Shown piece by piece: positions 47,913-59,013 of a stretch of 64,000 nt of DNA. A program made the position numbers and the translations under genes. Origin of the DNA: Ranitomeya imitator (taxonomy: Eukaryota). Location of the stretch: positions 248,806,001 through 248,870,000 of the forward strand of contig NC_091285.1 in NCBI RefSeq assembly GCF_032444005.1, read 5' to 3'. The notes beneath the pieces are model-generated. The model was not told the DNA's origin and made no database searches. It saw only the letters and a list, made by a program, of their open reading frames with translations. The stretch's first letter is position 1; each line of letters opens with the position of its first letter.

Positions 47913-48917
47913 ATGGGTAAGACTAGCGACCTGACAGATGTCAAGAAGGCCATCATTGACACCCTCAAGCAAGAGGGTAAGACCCAGAAAGAAATTTCTC
48001 AACAAATAGGCTGTTCCCAGAGTGCTGTATCAAGGCACTTCAATGGTAAGTCTGTTGGAAGGAAACAATGTGGCAGAAAACGCTGTACAACGAGAAGAGG
48101 AGACCGGACCCTGAGGAAGATTGTGGAGAAGGACCGATTCCAGACCTTGGGGAACCTGAGGAAGCAGTGGACTGAGTCTGGTGTGGAAACATCCAGAGCC
48201 ACCGTGCACAGGCGTGTGCAGGAAATGGGCTACAGGTGCCGCATTCCCCAGGTAAAGCCACTTTTGAACCATAAACAGCGGCAGAGGCGCCTGACCTGGG
48301 CTACAGAGAAGCAGCACTGGACTGTTGCTAAGTGGTCCCAAGTACTTTTTTCTGATGAAAGCAAATTTTGCATGTCATTCGGAAATCAAGGTGCCAGAGT
48401 CTGGAGGAAGACTGGGGAGAAGGAAATGCCAAAATGCCTGAAGTCCAGTGTCAAGTACCCACAGTCAGTGATGGTGTGGGGTGCCATGTCAGCTGCTGGT
48501 GTTGGTCCACTGTGTTTCATCAAGGGCAGGGTCAATGCAGCTAGCTATCAGGAGATTTTGGAGCACTTCATGCTTCCATCGGCTGAAATGCTTTATGGAG
48601 ATGAAGATTTCATTTTTCAGCACGACCTGGCACCTGCTCACAGTGCCAAAACCACTGGTAAATGGTTTACTGACCATGGTATTACTGTGCTCAATTGGCC
48701 TGCCAACTCTCCTGACCTGAACCCCATAGAGAATCTGTGGGATATTGTGAAGAGAAAGTTGAGAGACGCAAGACCCAACACTCTGGATGAGCTTAAGGCC
48801 GCTATTGAAGCATCCTGGGCCTCCATAACATCTCAGCAGTGTCACAGGCTGATTGCCTCCATGCCACGCCGCATTGAAGCAGTCATTTCTGCCAAAGGAT
48901 TCCCGACCAAGTATTGA
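47913..48917 (+). CDS. Intact Tc1 DD34E transposase (334 aa)
   Basis: HTH-like N-terminus (TQKEISQQIGCSQSAVSR), GRKRCT, FSDESK, WGAM, QHDLAPAH and SPDLNPIE; 34 residues between the second D and E; no stops. Confidence 0.96.
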   Translation: MGKTSDLTDVKKAIIDTLKQEGKTQKEISQQIGCSQSAVSRHFNGKSVGRKQCGRKRCTTRRGDRTLRKIVEKDRFQTLGNLRKQWTESGVETSRATVHRRVQEMGYRCRIPQVKPLLNHKQRQRRLTWATEKQHWTVAKWSQVLFSDESKFCMSFGNQGARVWRKTGEKEMPKCLKSSVKYPQSVMVWGAMSAAGVGPLCFIKGRVNAASYQEILEHFMLPSAEMLYGDEDFIFQHDLAPAHSAKTTGKWFTDHGITVLNWPANSPDLNPIENLWDIVKRKLRDARPNTLDELKAAIEASWASITSQQCHRLIASMPRRIEAVISAKGFPTKY

Positions 48918-49858
48918 GTGCATAACTGAACATTATTATTTGATGGTTTTTTTGTTTGTTATTAAAAAACACTTTTATTTGATTGGATGGGTGAAATATG
49001 CTAATTTATTGAGACAGGTTTTTTGGGTTATCAGGAGTTGTATGCCAAAATCATCAGTATTAAAACAATAAAAGACCTGACAAATTTCAGTTGGTGGATA
49101 ATGAATCTATAATATATGAAAGTTTAATTGTAATCATTACATTATGGTAAATAATGAAATTTAACACTATATGCTAATTGTTACAGCGGCTGCTCACCTC
49201 TCTGCTCCTGCGGCTGCTCACCGCTCTTCTTTCAGCGCTCGGCGCGTTGCCCTCTCCTCCTCTCGGGCTGCGCCATCTTCTTCCGGCATCGCTCGTTCCT
49301 GCATCCTTACTTCCGGCGCTCCTGCGCAGGCGCGCAGTCTTCAGCGTTAGATACAGCCTCTCGGCTCCGGATCTCCTAGCACCGGGTGTGGTGCATCTGC
49401 AGCCAATCACCATGGAGAGCACGGTATTTCAGGCCACCTCCTCTGCTAGGAGGTGCCTGAGTGTCTTTAGTGTTTGCTTAGTCTCTGGCCGTTCGCTTTA
49501 CCTCTGTACTAGCTCTGTGCTCGGCGCTAGTATTTACTGTGTTTTCTTTTTCCGTTTCTTTGTTCCAGTTCCCTCTCCGTCCCTGGTTCTCCTCTGACGT
49601 TCCTGCCTTCCGTTCCCGTACCTTCTGCCTCTGGATTTCCCGCTGCTCATTCCGGTCCTCAGTTTTGTCCTCTCGCCAACCTTCCATTTACTTGAGCCGT
49701 CCCTTCTGGTATCCGCTACCGTGGTAAGGTAACCTCTGGGCCTGCTCCTAAACAGCCCCTGTATAAGGGTTGGTTAACACCGGGTCTGCTCGCCCACGAG
49801 GGGGACTTCCACGGTCCAGAGGGTCCACTCTCGTACCCATCTCTGTAGTCCTAACAGT

Positions 49859-49868
49859 ACACTCAGGC
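49859..49868 (+). promoter_or_regulatory. Self-priming PBS of Gypsy-A
   Basis: GT-ACACTCAGGC follows the LTR and is complementary to GCCTGAGTGT at 49455-49464, 23 nt after a TATTTCA box. Confidence 0.8.
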
Positions 49869-49869
49869 C

Positions 49870-50916
49870 ATGGACCCCGCGGGTGCCGCGTTTTCTGCTC
49901 AGAAGGAACTGGCACACATACGCGACAATCAGCAGCGAATCATGTCCTTCTTAAAAAATTTGGAGTCTCGCCTAACCTCTTTGCAAACCGCCGACCCTGC
50001 TAATACTAATCAAATTGCAGTCATGCAGCAGGAACTCTTCCAACAACGCGATACGCAGGCGCGTATGCTATCCTATTTGGCTTCCATAGATGACCGTTTA
50101 TTTAATTTGCAGTCTCTCTCTACGGCTTCCGCTCAGGCTTCGCAAGATTCGACTCCCTCGCCCCATCCGCTTCCTCGCCTCGGCAAACCTCCCAGGTTTA
50201 GCGGGGATCCCAAGCTCTGTAGGGGGTTCCTGAACCAGTGTCGCCTCCACTTTGAGCTCCTTCCCCAACAGTATCCTTCCGACCGGGCCAAAGTGGCTTT
50301 TATAGTATCTCATTTAGAGGGGGAGGCTTTGGCCTGGATCAATCCTCTGTGGGAGCAGGATGATCCCGTAGTTACCCAACTGGCTTCTTTCCTAGAGACT
50401 TTCCACAGGGTTTTTGATGAGCCCGGGCGCCTAGCTTCCACAACTGAGTCGCTTTTCAACCTCCAGCAAGGTTCTCTATCTGTTGGCCAATACGCCATAC
50501 GTTTTCGTACTTTAGCCTCTGAATTAGGGTGGAACAACGAGGCCCTGGTAGGCGCCTTTTGGCGAGGCGTGTCCAGTCGAATAAAGGATGAGCTGGCTGG
50601 ACGGGATACCCCAACGTCTTTAGATGACCTCATTTTCCTGTCCACGCGCATAGACCTACGCTTTCAGGAGCGAACGCGTGAGGCCACTAGAGAAAAGAGG
50701 TCTGTTCGTTCTCTACCTCCCATCCGCAGGTCAGGAAGTCCGCGTCCCTTGTCATCTACTACAACTTCCTTGCCAGAGCCCATGCAAATAGATCGGGTCA
50801 AGCTAGCAGAGCAACGCCGTCGGGAGAGACGATCCCAAGGACTCTGCTTTTACTGCGGTAGCGCCTCACATTTACTACGAGCATGTCCTGAGAGGCCGGA
50901 AAACTCCTCCGCCTAG
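49870..50916 (+). CDS. Gag of Gypsy-A (348 aa)
   Basis: PPRFSGDPKLCRGFLNQC, AKVAFIVSHLEGEALAW, PEPMQI and CFYCGSASHLLRAC; sushi/PEG10-like Gag. Confidence 0.92.
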   Translation: MDPAGAAFSAQKELAHIRDNQQRIMSFLKNLESRLTSLQTADPANTNQIAVMQQELFQQRDTQARMLSYLASIDDRLFNLQSLSTASAQASQDSTPSPHPLPRLGKPPRFSGDPKLCRGFLNQCRLHFELLPQQYPSDRAKVAFIVSHLEGEALAWINPLWEQDDPVVTQLASFLETFHRVFDEPGRLASTTESLFNLQQGSLSVGQYAIRFRTLASELGWNNEALVGAFWRGVSSRIKDELAGRDTPTSLDDLIFLSTRIDLRFQERTREATREKRSVRSLPPIRRSGSPRPLSSTTTSLPEPMQIDRVKLAEQRRRERRSQGLCFYCGSASHLLRACPERPENSSA

Positions 50917-50961
50917 GACAGGTAAGAGGCCTCCCTAGGTGTTTCTGATTCCTCTCAACCC

Positions 50962-53280
50962 TTGTTTCTGTCCGTTATGTTAGTGCTTAATCAGAAGCGT
51001 TTTTCTGAGGTCGCGTATGTGGATTTGGGCGCGGCGGGCAACTTTATCAGTCTTGAGGCGGTTCGGAGGCTTCGCGTTCCAGTTCTCTCGTTGGATTCCC
51101 CTCGTCAGATTGCTTCCGTAGATGAGAGACCCTTGCAAGACGCCGTCACTTTGATTACGGAGGAGATAGACCTATGTATCGGGGCTCTTGATCGTGAGAA
51201 GATAACTCTCTATGTTTTGCCTAATCTAACCCATACTCTGCTTCTAGGTTTACCTTGGCTCCGTTTGCACGAACCCACCCTGGACTGGCGTTCTGGTGAT
51301 GTACTCCGTTGGGGATCTACATGTCAAACACAATGCCTTCTGCCTGTTCGCCCTGTAGTTTCGCTTCCGACTAATTCCGTTCTCCCTGGACTACCTACTC
51401 CATATCAGTCCTACATTGATGTTTTTGACAAGAAAGAAGCAGAGAGTCTTCCTCCGCATCGAGTCTACGATTGCCCGATTGAACTTCTTCCCGGTTCCAC
51501 TCCACCTAGAGGGAGGATTTACCCTCTGTCTCCTGCTGAGACTAAAGCTATGTCTGAGTACGTCCAAGAGAATCTATCTAGGGGATTCATCCGAAAGTCT
51601 TCTTCCCCTGCCGGTGCGGGGTTCTTCTTCGTCAAGAAAAAAGACGGATCTCTTCGACCCTGCATTGATTACAGAGGTTTGAACAACATTACTATCAAGA
51701 ACAAGTACCCTCTGCCCCTTATTCCTGAACTCTTCGACCGATTAAGAGGGGCACGAATCTTTACGAAGCTGGATCTTCGAGGTGCTTATAATCTAGTTCG
51801 AATCCGGGCCGGCGACGAATGGAAGACTGCCTTTAATACTCGGGACGGGCATTATGAATACCTGGTCATGCCGTTCGGTCTCTGCAATGCTCCCGCTGTC
51901 TTCCAAGAATTCGTCAATGACATTTTCCGAGACCTTCTTTACTCTTGTGTTGTAGTATATCTAGACGACATCCTAATTTTTTCGGCTGACCTATCATCTC
52001 ACAGAAGAAGCGTCCGTTTGGTTTTGCAACGCCTTAGAGAGAATCGTCTTTATGCTAAGTTTGAGAAGTGTCTCTTCGAACAAACTTCACTGCCTTTTCT
52101 CGGATACGTCATTTCGGATACTGGTCTCAAGATGGATCCTGAGAAGCTGAAGACCATTCTCAGTTGGCCACATCCCTATGGAACAAAAGCCATCCAGCGC
52201 TTTCTAGGGTTCGCCAACTACTACAGGAAATTTATTTCACATTTCTCCTCGGTAGTTCGGCCTCTTGCTGCTCTCACTCGTAAAGGTGCCAATCCGAAGT
52301 CTTGGACCCCAGAGGCCGAAAAAGCTTTTGAGCTTCTGAAGCAATCCTTTTCCTCCGCTCCAGTTTTACATCACTTGAGGATCAATAGACCATTCATTCT
52401 CGAGGTGGATGCCTCTTCGACCGGTGCCGGGGCAGTGCTCTCTCAAAGATCTTCTACTGGTCGCCTGGTTCCCTGTGGCTTCTTTTCCAAGACATTCTCA
52501 GCATCGGAACGTAATTATACCATTGGGGACCGAGAACTCTTGGCCATAAAGCTGGCTCTAGGGGAGTGGAGGCATCTTCTGGAGGGAGCCGTTCATCCGT
52601 TTGTGATTTTTTCTGACCACAAGAATTTGTCCTATCTTCAGACCGCACACAGATTTAATCCACGGCAAGCTCGATGGTCCCTGTTTTTTGCCCGCTTCGA
52701 CTTTGAGCTTCGTTTTCGTCCTGGCGACAAGAATGTCAAAGCAGATGCCCTGTCCAGACTATCGCAGCTTGAGGACATCGACGAGGAACCAGCGCATATT
52801 GTGGATCCCGGTAAAATCGTTACTGTGGCCCCTTTAAGTATAAGCTGTCCACCTCCGGGTAAGACTTTTGTCACTGAGAAGGACACAGAGACAGTGCTGC
52901 GTTGGGGACATTCCTCCAAACTGGCAGGCCACGCCGGGATTAGAAAAACCTTCCTTCTCATCTCTCGCTACTATTGGTGGCCCTCGTTACGTCATGATGT
53001 CGAGGAGTTTGTCGCCTCCTGCCCTTCCTGTGCCAAGTGCAAGGTGCCTAGACAATTACCTCGTGGAGGGTTACTTCCTCTTCCTGTGCCTTCGAGTCCT
53101 TGGCAACACATTGCCATGGACATCATTACCAATTTACCGAGATCCTCTGGTTGTACAGTCATCCTTGGTGGTAGATCGGTTCTCTAAGATGGCCCATTTC
53201 GTTCCCTTGTCTGGACTTCCCTCAGCTCCAGAATTGGCGAGGATCTTTATTTCCAATATCTTCAAACTCCATGGGTTCCC
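50962..53280 (+). pseudogene. Pol of Gypsy-A, 5' part (protease, RT, RNase H, start of integrase), defective
   Basis: VDLGA (S to L next to the catalytic Asp), YLDD, EVDAS, SDHKN and HHCC; frameshift near 53170; interrupted at 53280 by Gypsy-B. Confidence 0.9.
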
Positions 53281-53908
53281 TGTCATGATCCCAATGGCAG
53301 GGGATCACAAAAAGACAAGCACAAAAAACAGAACAAGCTCTAGGGTGATGGAAACTGAGCTGACCGCGATCCTGAACCTAATTCACACAACTAGCAGTAG
53401 CCGGGGAACGTGCCTATGATGATTCTAGACGTCTCGCGCCAGCCGAAGGACTAGCTTCCCCTATTAGAAGAAACAAAGACCTCTCTTGCCTCCAGAGAAA
53501 CACCCCACAGAAATAGCAGCCCCCCACATGTAATGACGGTGAAATGAGAGGAAAGCACATACGTAGTAATGAAAACAGATTCAGCTAAATGAGGCCCGCT
53601 AAAACTAGATAGCAGAGGATACAAAAGTGAACTGCGCGGTCAGCGAAAAACCCTACAAAAAACCATCCTGAAATTACTTGAACTCATGTGCCAACTCATG
53701 GAACGTGAGGAGTAATATCAGCCCACTAGAGCAACCAGCAACAAGGAATCATATAACTGCAAGCTGGACTAAAACAAAAATAAAGCAAAACGTGGAACAG
53801 GAAAATCAAAAACTTAGCTTGTCCTGAAGATCACAGAAGCAGAAAGCAGAGGTAACAAGACACACTGATTACATTGATCGCCGGCGAGGAAATTACAAGA
53901 AAGCCAGG

Positions 53909-56900
53909 TTAAATAGGAAACTCCCATATCCTGATGGAACAGGTGGACACCAGAGACCGCAGAGAACACAAGTCACCCAGTACCATCTGTAACCACCAGA
54001 GGGAGCCCAAAAACAGAATCCACAACAGTACCCCCCCTTGAGGAGGGGTCGCCGAACCCTCACGAGAACCACCAGGGCGACCAGGATGAGCCCTATGAAA
54101 TGCACGGACCAAACCAGCAGCATGAACATCAGAGGCAACCACCCAAGAATTATCCTCCTGACCATAACCCTTCCACTTGACCAAATACTGAAGTTTCCGT
54201 CTGGAAACACGAGAATCCAAGATCTTCTCCACAACATACTCCAATTCTCCCTCCACCAGCACCGGAGCAGGAGGCTCAAGCGAAGGAACAACAGGTACCT
54301 CAAACTTCCGCAACAACGACCGATGGAACACATTATGAATAGCAAACGATGCCGGGAGATCCAAACGAAACGACACAGGGTTAAGAATTTCCAAGATCCT
54401 ATAGGGACCGATGAACCGAGGCTTGAACTTAGGAGAAGAGACCTTCATAGGAACAAAACGAGAAGACAACCACACCAAGTCCCCAACACGAAGTCGAGGA
54501 CCCACGCGGCGACGGCGATTAGCAAACTGCTGAGCCCTCTCCTGGGACAACTTCAAATTGTCCACCACATGACTCCAAATCTGATGCAACCTCTCCACCA
54601 CCATGTCCACTCCAGGACAATCAGAAGGCTCCACCTGACCAGAGGAAAAACGAGGATGAAACCCCGAATTACAAAAGAAAGGAGAAACCAAGGTAGCAGA
54701 ACTAGCCCGATTATTAAGGGCAAATTCGGCAAGCGGCAAAAAGGTAACCCAGTCATCTTGATCAGCAGAAACAAAACACCTTAAATAAGTTTCCAAGGTC
54801 TGATTAGTTCGTTCCGTCTGGCCATTCGTCTGAGGATGGAATGCAGACGAAAAGGACAAATCAATGCCCATCTTAGCACAGAACGTCCGCCAAAATCTAG
54901 ACACAAACTGGGATCCCCTGTCAGAAACAATGTTCTCCGGAATCCCATGCAAACGAACCATGTTCTGAAAAAACAGAGGGACCAACTCAGAGGAGGAAGG
55001 TAACTTAGGCAAGGGTACCAGATGAACCATCTTAGAAAAGCGGTCACACACAACCCAGATGACGGACATTTTTTGAGAGACAGGGAGATCCGAAATAAAG
55101 TCCATGGAAATGTGCGTCCAAGGCCTCTTCGGGATAGGCAAAGGTGACAACAATCCACTGGCCCGAGAACAGCAAGGCTTAGCCCGAGCGCAAACTTCAC
55201 AAGACTGCACAAAAGAACGCACATCCCTCGACAAGGAAGGCCACCAAAAAGACCTGGCCACCAAGTCTCTAGTACCAAATATTCCAGGATGACCTGCCAA
55301 CGCAGAAGAATGGACCTCGGAGATGACTCTACTGGTCCAATTATCCGGAACAAACAGTCTTTCAGGCGGACAACGATCAGGTTTATCCGCCTGAAACTCC
55401 TGCAAAGCACGTCGCAAGTCTGGGAAGACAGCCGACAAAATCACCCCATCCCTAAGGATACCAGTGGGCTCAGAATTTCCAGGGGAATCAGGCACAAAAC
55501 TCCTAGAAAGAGCATCCGCCTTCACATTCTTTGAACCTGGCAGGTACGAAACCACAAAATCGAAACGGGAGAAAAACAGTGACCAACGAGCCTGTCTAGG
55601 ATTCAGACGCTTGGCAGACTCAAGGTAAATCAGATTTTTGTGATCAGTCAAGACCACCACACGATGTCTAGCACACTCAAGCCAATGACGCCACTCCTCA
55701 AATGCCCACTTCATGGCCAAAAGCTCCCGATTACCAACATCATAATTCCGCTCAGTGGGCGAAAACTTTCTAGAAAAGAACGCACATGGCTCCATCACCG
55801 AGCAATCGGAGCTTCTCTGTGACAAAACCGCCCCCGCTCCAATCTCAGAAGCATCAACCTCAACCTGAAAAGGAAGCGAAACATCTGGCTGACGCAACAC
55901 AGGAGCAGAAGCAAACCGGCGCTTAAGTTCCTGAAAGGCCTCCACAGCCGCAGGAGACCAATCAGCAACATCAGCACCCTTCTTAGTCAGATCCGTCAAA
56001 GGCTTAACAACACTAGAAAAATTAGTTATGAAACGACGATAAAAATTAGCAAAGCCCAAGAACTTCTGTAGACTCTTAAGAGATGTAGGCTGCGTCCAGT
56101 CACAAATAGCTTGAACCTTGACGGGATCCATCTCAATAGTAGAAGGGGAAAAAATATACCCCAAAAAAGAAATCTTCTGGACTCCAAAGAAACACTTTGA
56201 ACCTTTTACAAACAAAGAATTGGCCCGCAGGACCTGAAACACCTTCCTGACCTGCTGAACATGGGACTCCCAGTCATCAGAAAAAACCAAAACATCATCC
56301 AAATACACAATCATAAATTTATCCAGATATTCACGGAAAATATCGTGCATAAAGGACTGGAAGACAGAAGGAGCATTAGAAAGTCCAAAAGGCATCACCA
56401 AATACTCGAAATAGCCCTCAGGCGTATTAAATGCGGTTTTCCACTCATCACCCTGCTTAATCCGCACAAGATTATACGCACCCCGAAGATCAATCTTAGT
56501 GAACCATTTAGCCCCCTTAATGCGAGCGAACAAATCAGTCAACAATGGCAAAGGATACTGATATTTGACCGTAATCTTATTCAAAAGACGGTAATCTATA
56601 CAAGGCCTCAAGGAACCATCTTTTTTGGCCACGAAAAAAAAACCTGCTCCCAAAGGAGACGAAGATGGACGGATATGTCCCTTTTCCAAGGACTCCTTAA
56701 CATAATCCCGCATAGCAGTATGCTCTGGCACTGACAGATTGAACAAACGACCTTTAGGAAATTTACTGCCAGGAATCAAATCTATAGCACAATCGCAATC
56801 CCTGTGAGGAGGAAGCGAATTGAGCTTAGGCTCCTCAAAAACATCCCGATAATCAGACAAAAATACAGGAACCTCAGAAGGAGTAGATGAAGCGATAGAA

Positions 56901-58087
56901 ATCAGAGGTGCATCATCATGAACCCCCTGACATCCCCAGCTTAACACAGACATCGTTTTCCAGTCCAAGACTGGGTTATGAGTTTGTAACCATGGCAGAC
57001 CAAGCACTAAGACATCATGTAAATTATACAGTACCAGGAAGCGAATCACCTCCTGATGAACGGGAGTCATACGCATGGTCACGTGTGTCCAGTACTGAGG
57101 TTTATTCATAGCCAAAGGTGTAGAGTCAATTCCTTTCAAAGGAATAGGGACTTCCAGAGGCTCCAGACTAAACCCACAGCGGTTGGCAAATGACCAATCC
57201 ATAAGACTCAGGGCAGCGCCTGAATCCACATAGGCATCGACGGAAATGGCTGATAATGAACAAATCAGAGTCACAGACAGAATGAACTTAGCCTGTAAAG
57301 TACTAATGGCAACAGACTTATCAACCTTTTTTGTGCGTTTAGAGCATGCTGATATAACATGAGCTGAATCACCACAATAAAAACACAACCCATTTTTCCG
57401 CCTATAGTTTTGCCGTTCACTTCTGGACTGAATTCTATCACATTGCATTGTCTCAGGTGCCTGTTCAGAAGACACTGCCAAATGGTGCACAGGTTTGCGC
57501 TCCCGTAAACGCCGATCAATCTGAATAGCCATAGTCATAGACTCATTCAGACCTGTAGGCGCAGGGAACCCCACCATAACATCTTTAATGGCCTCAGAAA
57601 GGCCATCTCTGAATTTTGCAGCCAGAGCGCACTCATTCCACTGAGTAAGCACCGACCATTTCCGAAATTTCTGACAATATATTTCTGCTTCATCTTGCCC
57701 CTGAGAGAGAGCCAATAAAGCTTTTTCAGCCTGAATCTCTAGGTTAGGTTCCTCATAGAGCAAACCCAATGCCAGAAAAAACGCATCCACATTGAGCAAC
57801 GCAGGATCCCCTGGTGCCAATGCAAATGCCCAATTCTGAGGGTCACCCCGCAGGAAAGATATTACAATCTTGACTTGCTGAGCAGGGTCTCCAGAGGAGC
57901 GAGATTTCAATGAAAGAAACAACTTGCAATTGTTCCTAAAATTCAGAAAACTAGATCTATCTCCAGAAAAAAACTCTGGGATAGGAATTCTAGGTTCAGA
58001 CATAGGAGCATGTACAACAAAATCTTGTATATTTTGAACCTTAGCAGCAAGATTATTCAGGCTGGAAGCCAAACTCTGGACGTCCAT
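53909..58087 (-). CDS. Gag-Pol polyprotein of Gypsy-B (1392 aa, uninterrupted)
   Basis: CFYCGDSAHVISAC, YVDSGA, YLDD, EVDAS/TDHKN/ADALSR, H..H..C..C, DDE motifs and YLVKWKGY are all present; close paralogue of the Gypsy-1 ORF. Confidence 0.95.
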   Translation of the reverse strand: MDVQSLASSLNNLAAKVQNIQDFVVHAPMSEPRIPIPEFFSGDRSSFLNFRNNCKLFLSLKSRSSGDPAQQVKIVISFLRGDPQNWAFALAPGDPALLNVDAFFLALGLLYEEPNLEIQAEKALLALSQGQDEAEIYCQKFRKWSVLTQWNECALAAKFRDGLSEAIKDVMVGFPAPTGLNESMTMAIQIDRRLRERKPVHHLAVSSEQAPETMQCDRIQSRSERQNYRRKNGLCFYCGDSAHVISACSKRTKKVDKSVAISTLQAKFILSVTLICSLSAISVDAYVDSGAALSLMDWSFANRCGFSLEPLEVPIPLKGIDSTPLAMNKPQYWTHVTMRMTPVHQEVIRFLVLYNLHDVLVLGLPWLQTHNPVLDWKTMSVLSWGCQGVHDDAPLISIASSTPSEVPVFLSDYRDVFEEPKLNSLPPHRDCDCAIDLIPGSKFPKGRLFNLSVPEHTAMRDYVKESLEKGHIRPSSSPLGAGFFFVAKKDGSLRPCIDYRLLNKITVKYQYPLPLLTDLFARIKGAKWFTKIDLRGAYNLVRIKQGDEWKTAFNTPEGYFEYLVMPFGLSNAPSVFQSFMHDIFREYLDKFMIVYLDDVLVFSDDWESHVQQVRKVFQVLRANSLFVKGSKCFFGVQKISFLGYIFSPSTIEMDPVKVQAICDWTQPTSLKSLQKFLGFANFYRRFITNFSSVVKPLTDLTKKGADVADWSPAAVEAFQELKRRFASAPVLRQPDVSLPFQVEVDASEIGAGAVLSQRSSDCSVMEPCAFFSRKFSPTERNYDVGNRELLAMKWAFEEWRHWLECARHRVVVLTDHKNLIYLESAKRLNPRQARWSLFFSRFDFVVSYLPGSKNVKADALSRSFVPDSPGNSEPTGILRDGVILSAVFPDLRRALQEFQADKPDRCPPERLFVPDNWTSRVISEVHSSALAGHPGIFGTRDLVARSFWWPSLSRDVRSFVQSCEVCARAKPCCSRASGLLSPLPIPKRPWTHISMDFISDLPVSQKMSVIWVVCDRFSKMVHLVPLPKLPSSSELVPLFFQNMVRLHGIPENIVSDRGSQFVSRFWRTFCAKMGIDLSFSSAFHPQTNGQTERTNQTLETYLRCFVSADQDDWVTFLPLAEFALNNRASSATLVSPFFCNSGFHPRFSSGQVEPSDCPGVDMVVERLHQIWSHVVDNLKLSQERAQQFANRRRRVGPRLRVGDLVWLSSRFVPMKVSSPKFKPRFIGPYRILEILNPVSFRLDLPASFAIHNVFHRSLLRKFEVPVVPSLEPPAPVLVEGELEYVVEKILDSRVSRRKLQYLVKWKGYGQEDNSWVVASDVHAAGLVRAFHRAHPGRPGGSREGSATPPQGGVLLWILFLGSLWWLQMVLGDLCSLRSLVSTCSIRIWEFPI

Positions 58088-58255
58088 GATAAACAGCTGA
58101 GGTCAGAGCCATTCAAGGATTAAGAGGAGGTAAGACGCAGCCAGGCTGCAATTAAGGCTAGGCAGCAAACTCTGAGGGAAGGAAAAAAAAAAAAAAAAAC
58201 TTCCTCAGACTACTTTTCCTCCTACTTCAGCCAATACGATTACCACTTTTCTGGG

Positions 58256-58264
58256 GCCGGCGAT
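58256..58264 (-). promoter_or_regulatory. Self-priming PBS of Gypsy-B
   Basis: Element-sense GT-ATCGCCGGC follows the 5' LTR and is complementary to GCCGGCGAT at 58863-58871, 23 nt after a TATTTAA box. Confidence 0.8.
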
Positions 58265-59013
58265 ACTGTCATGATCCCAATGGCAGGGGATCACAAAAAG
58301 ACAAGCACAAAAAACAGAACAAGCTCTAGGGTGATGGAAACTGAGCTGACCGCGATCCTGAACCTAATTCACACAACTAGCAGTAGCCGGGGAACGTGCC
58401 TACGATGATTCTAGACGTCTCGCGCCAGCCGAAGGACTAGCTTCCCCTATTAGAAGAAACAAAGACCTCTCTTGCCTCCAGAGAAACACCCCACAGAAAT
58501 AGCAGCCCCCCACATGTAATGACGGTAAAATGAGAGGAAAGCACATACGTAGTAATGAAAACAGATTCAGCTAAATGAGGCCCGCTAAAACTAGATAGCA
58601 GAGGATACAAAAGTGAACTGCGCGGTCAGCGAAAAACCCTACAAAAAACCATCCTGAAATTACTTGAACTCATGTGCCAACTCATGGAACATGAGGAGTA
58701 ATATCAGCCCACTAGAGCAACCAGCAACAAGGAATCACATAACTGCAAGCTGGACTAAAACAAAAATAAAGCAAAACGTGGAACAGGAAAATCAAAAACT
58801 TAGCTTGTCCTGAAGATCACAGAAGCGGAAAGCAGAGGTAACAAGACACACTGATTACATTGATCGCCGGCGAGGAAATTACAAGAAAGCCAGGTTAAAT
58901 AGGAAACTCCCATATCCTGATGGAACAGGTGGACACCAGAGACCGCAGAGAACACAAGTCACCCAGTACCATCTGTAACCACCAGAGGGCGCCCAAAAAC
59001 AGAATCCACAACA

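Larger units (their letters stand above)
53281..59013 (-). mobile_element. Full-length chromodomain Ty3/Gypsy element (Gypsy-B) nested antisense in the Gypsy-A integrase
   Basis: 747-bp LTRs at 53281-54027 and 58267-59013 with about 6 substitutions by eye; 6-bp TSD GTTCCC (53275-53280 and 59014-59019). The host frame FKLHGFP|LNIVSDRG is restored on removal. Confidence 0.98.

Noticed and set aside
54038-54784. 248-aa and other antisense ORFs over the Gypsy pol genes
   Set aside because: Shadow frames of GC-moderate coding sequence, not conserved in length between Gypsy-1 and Gypsy-B.
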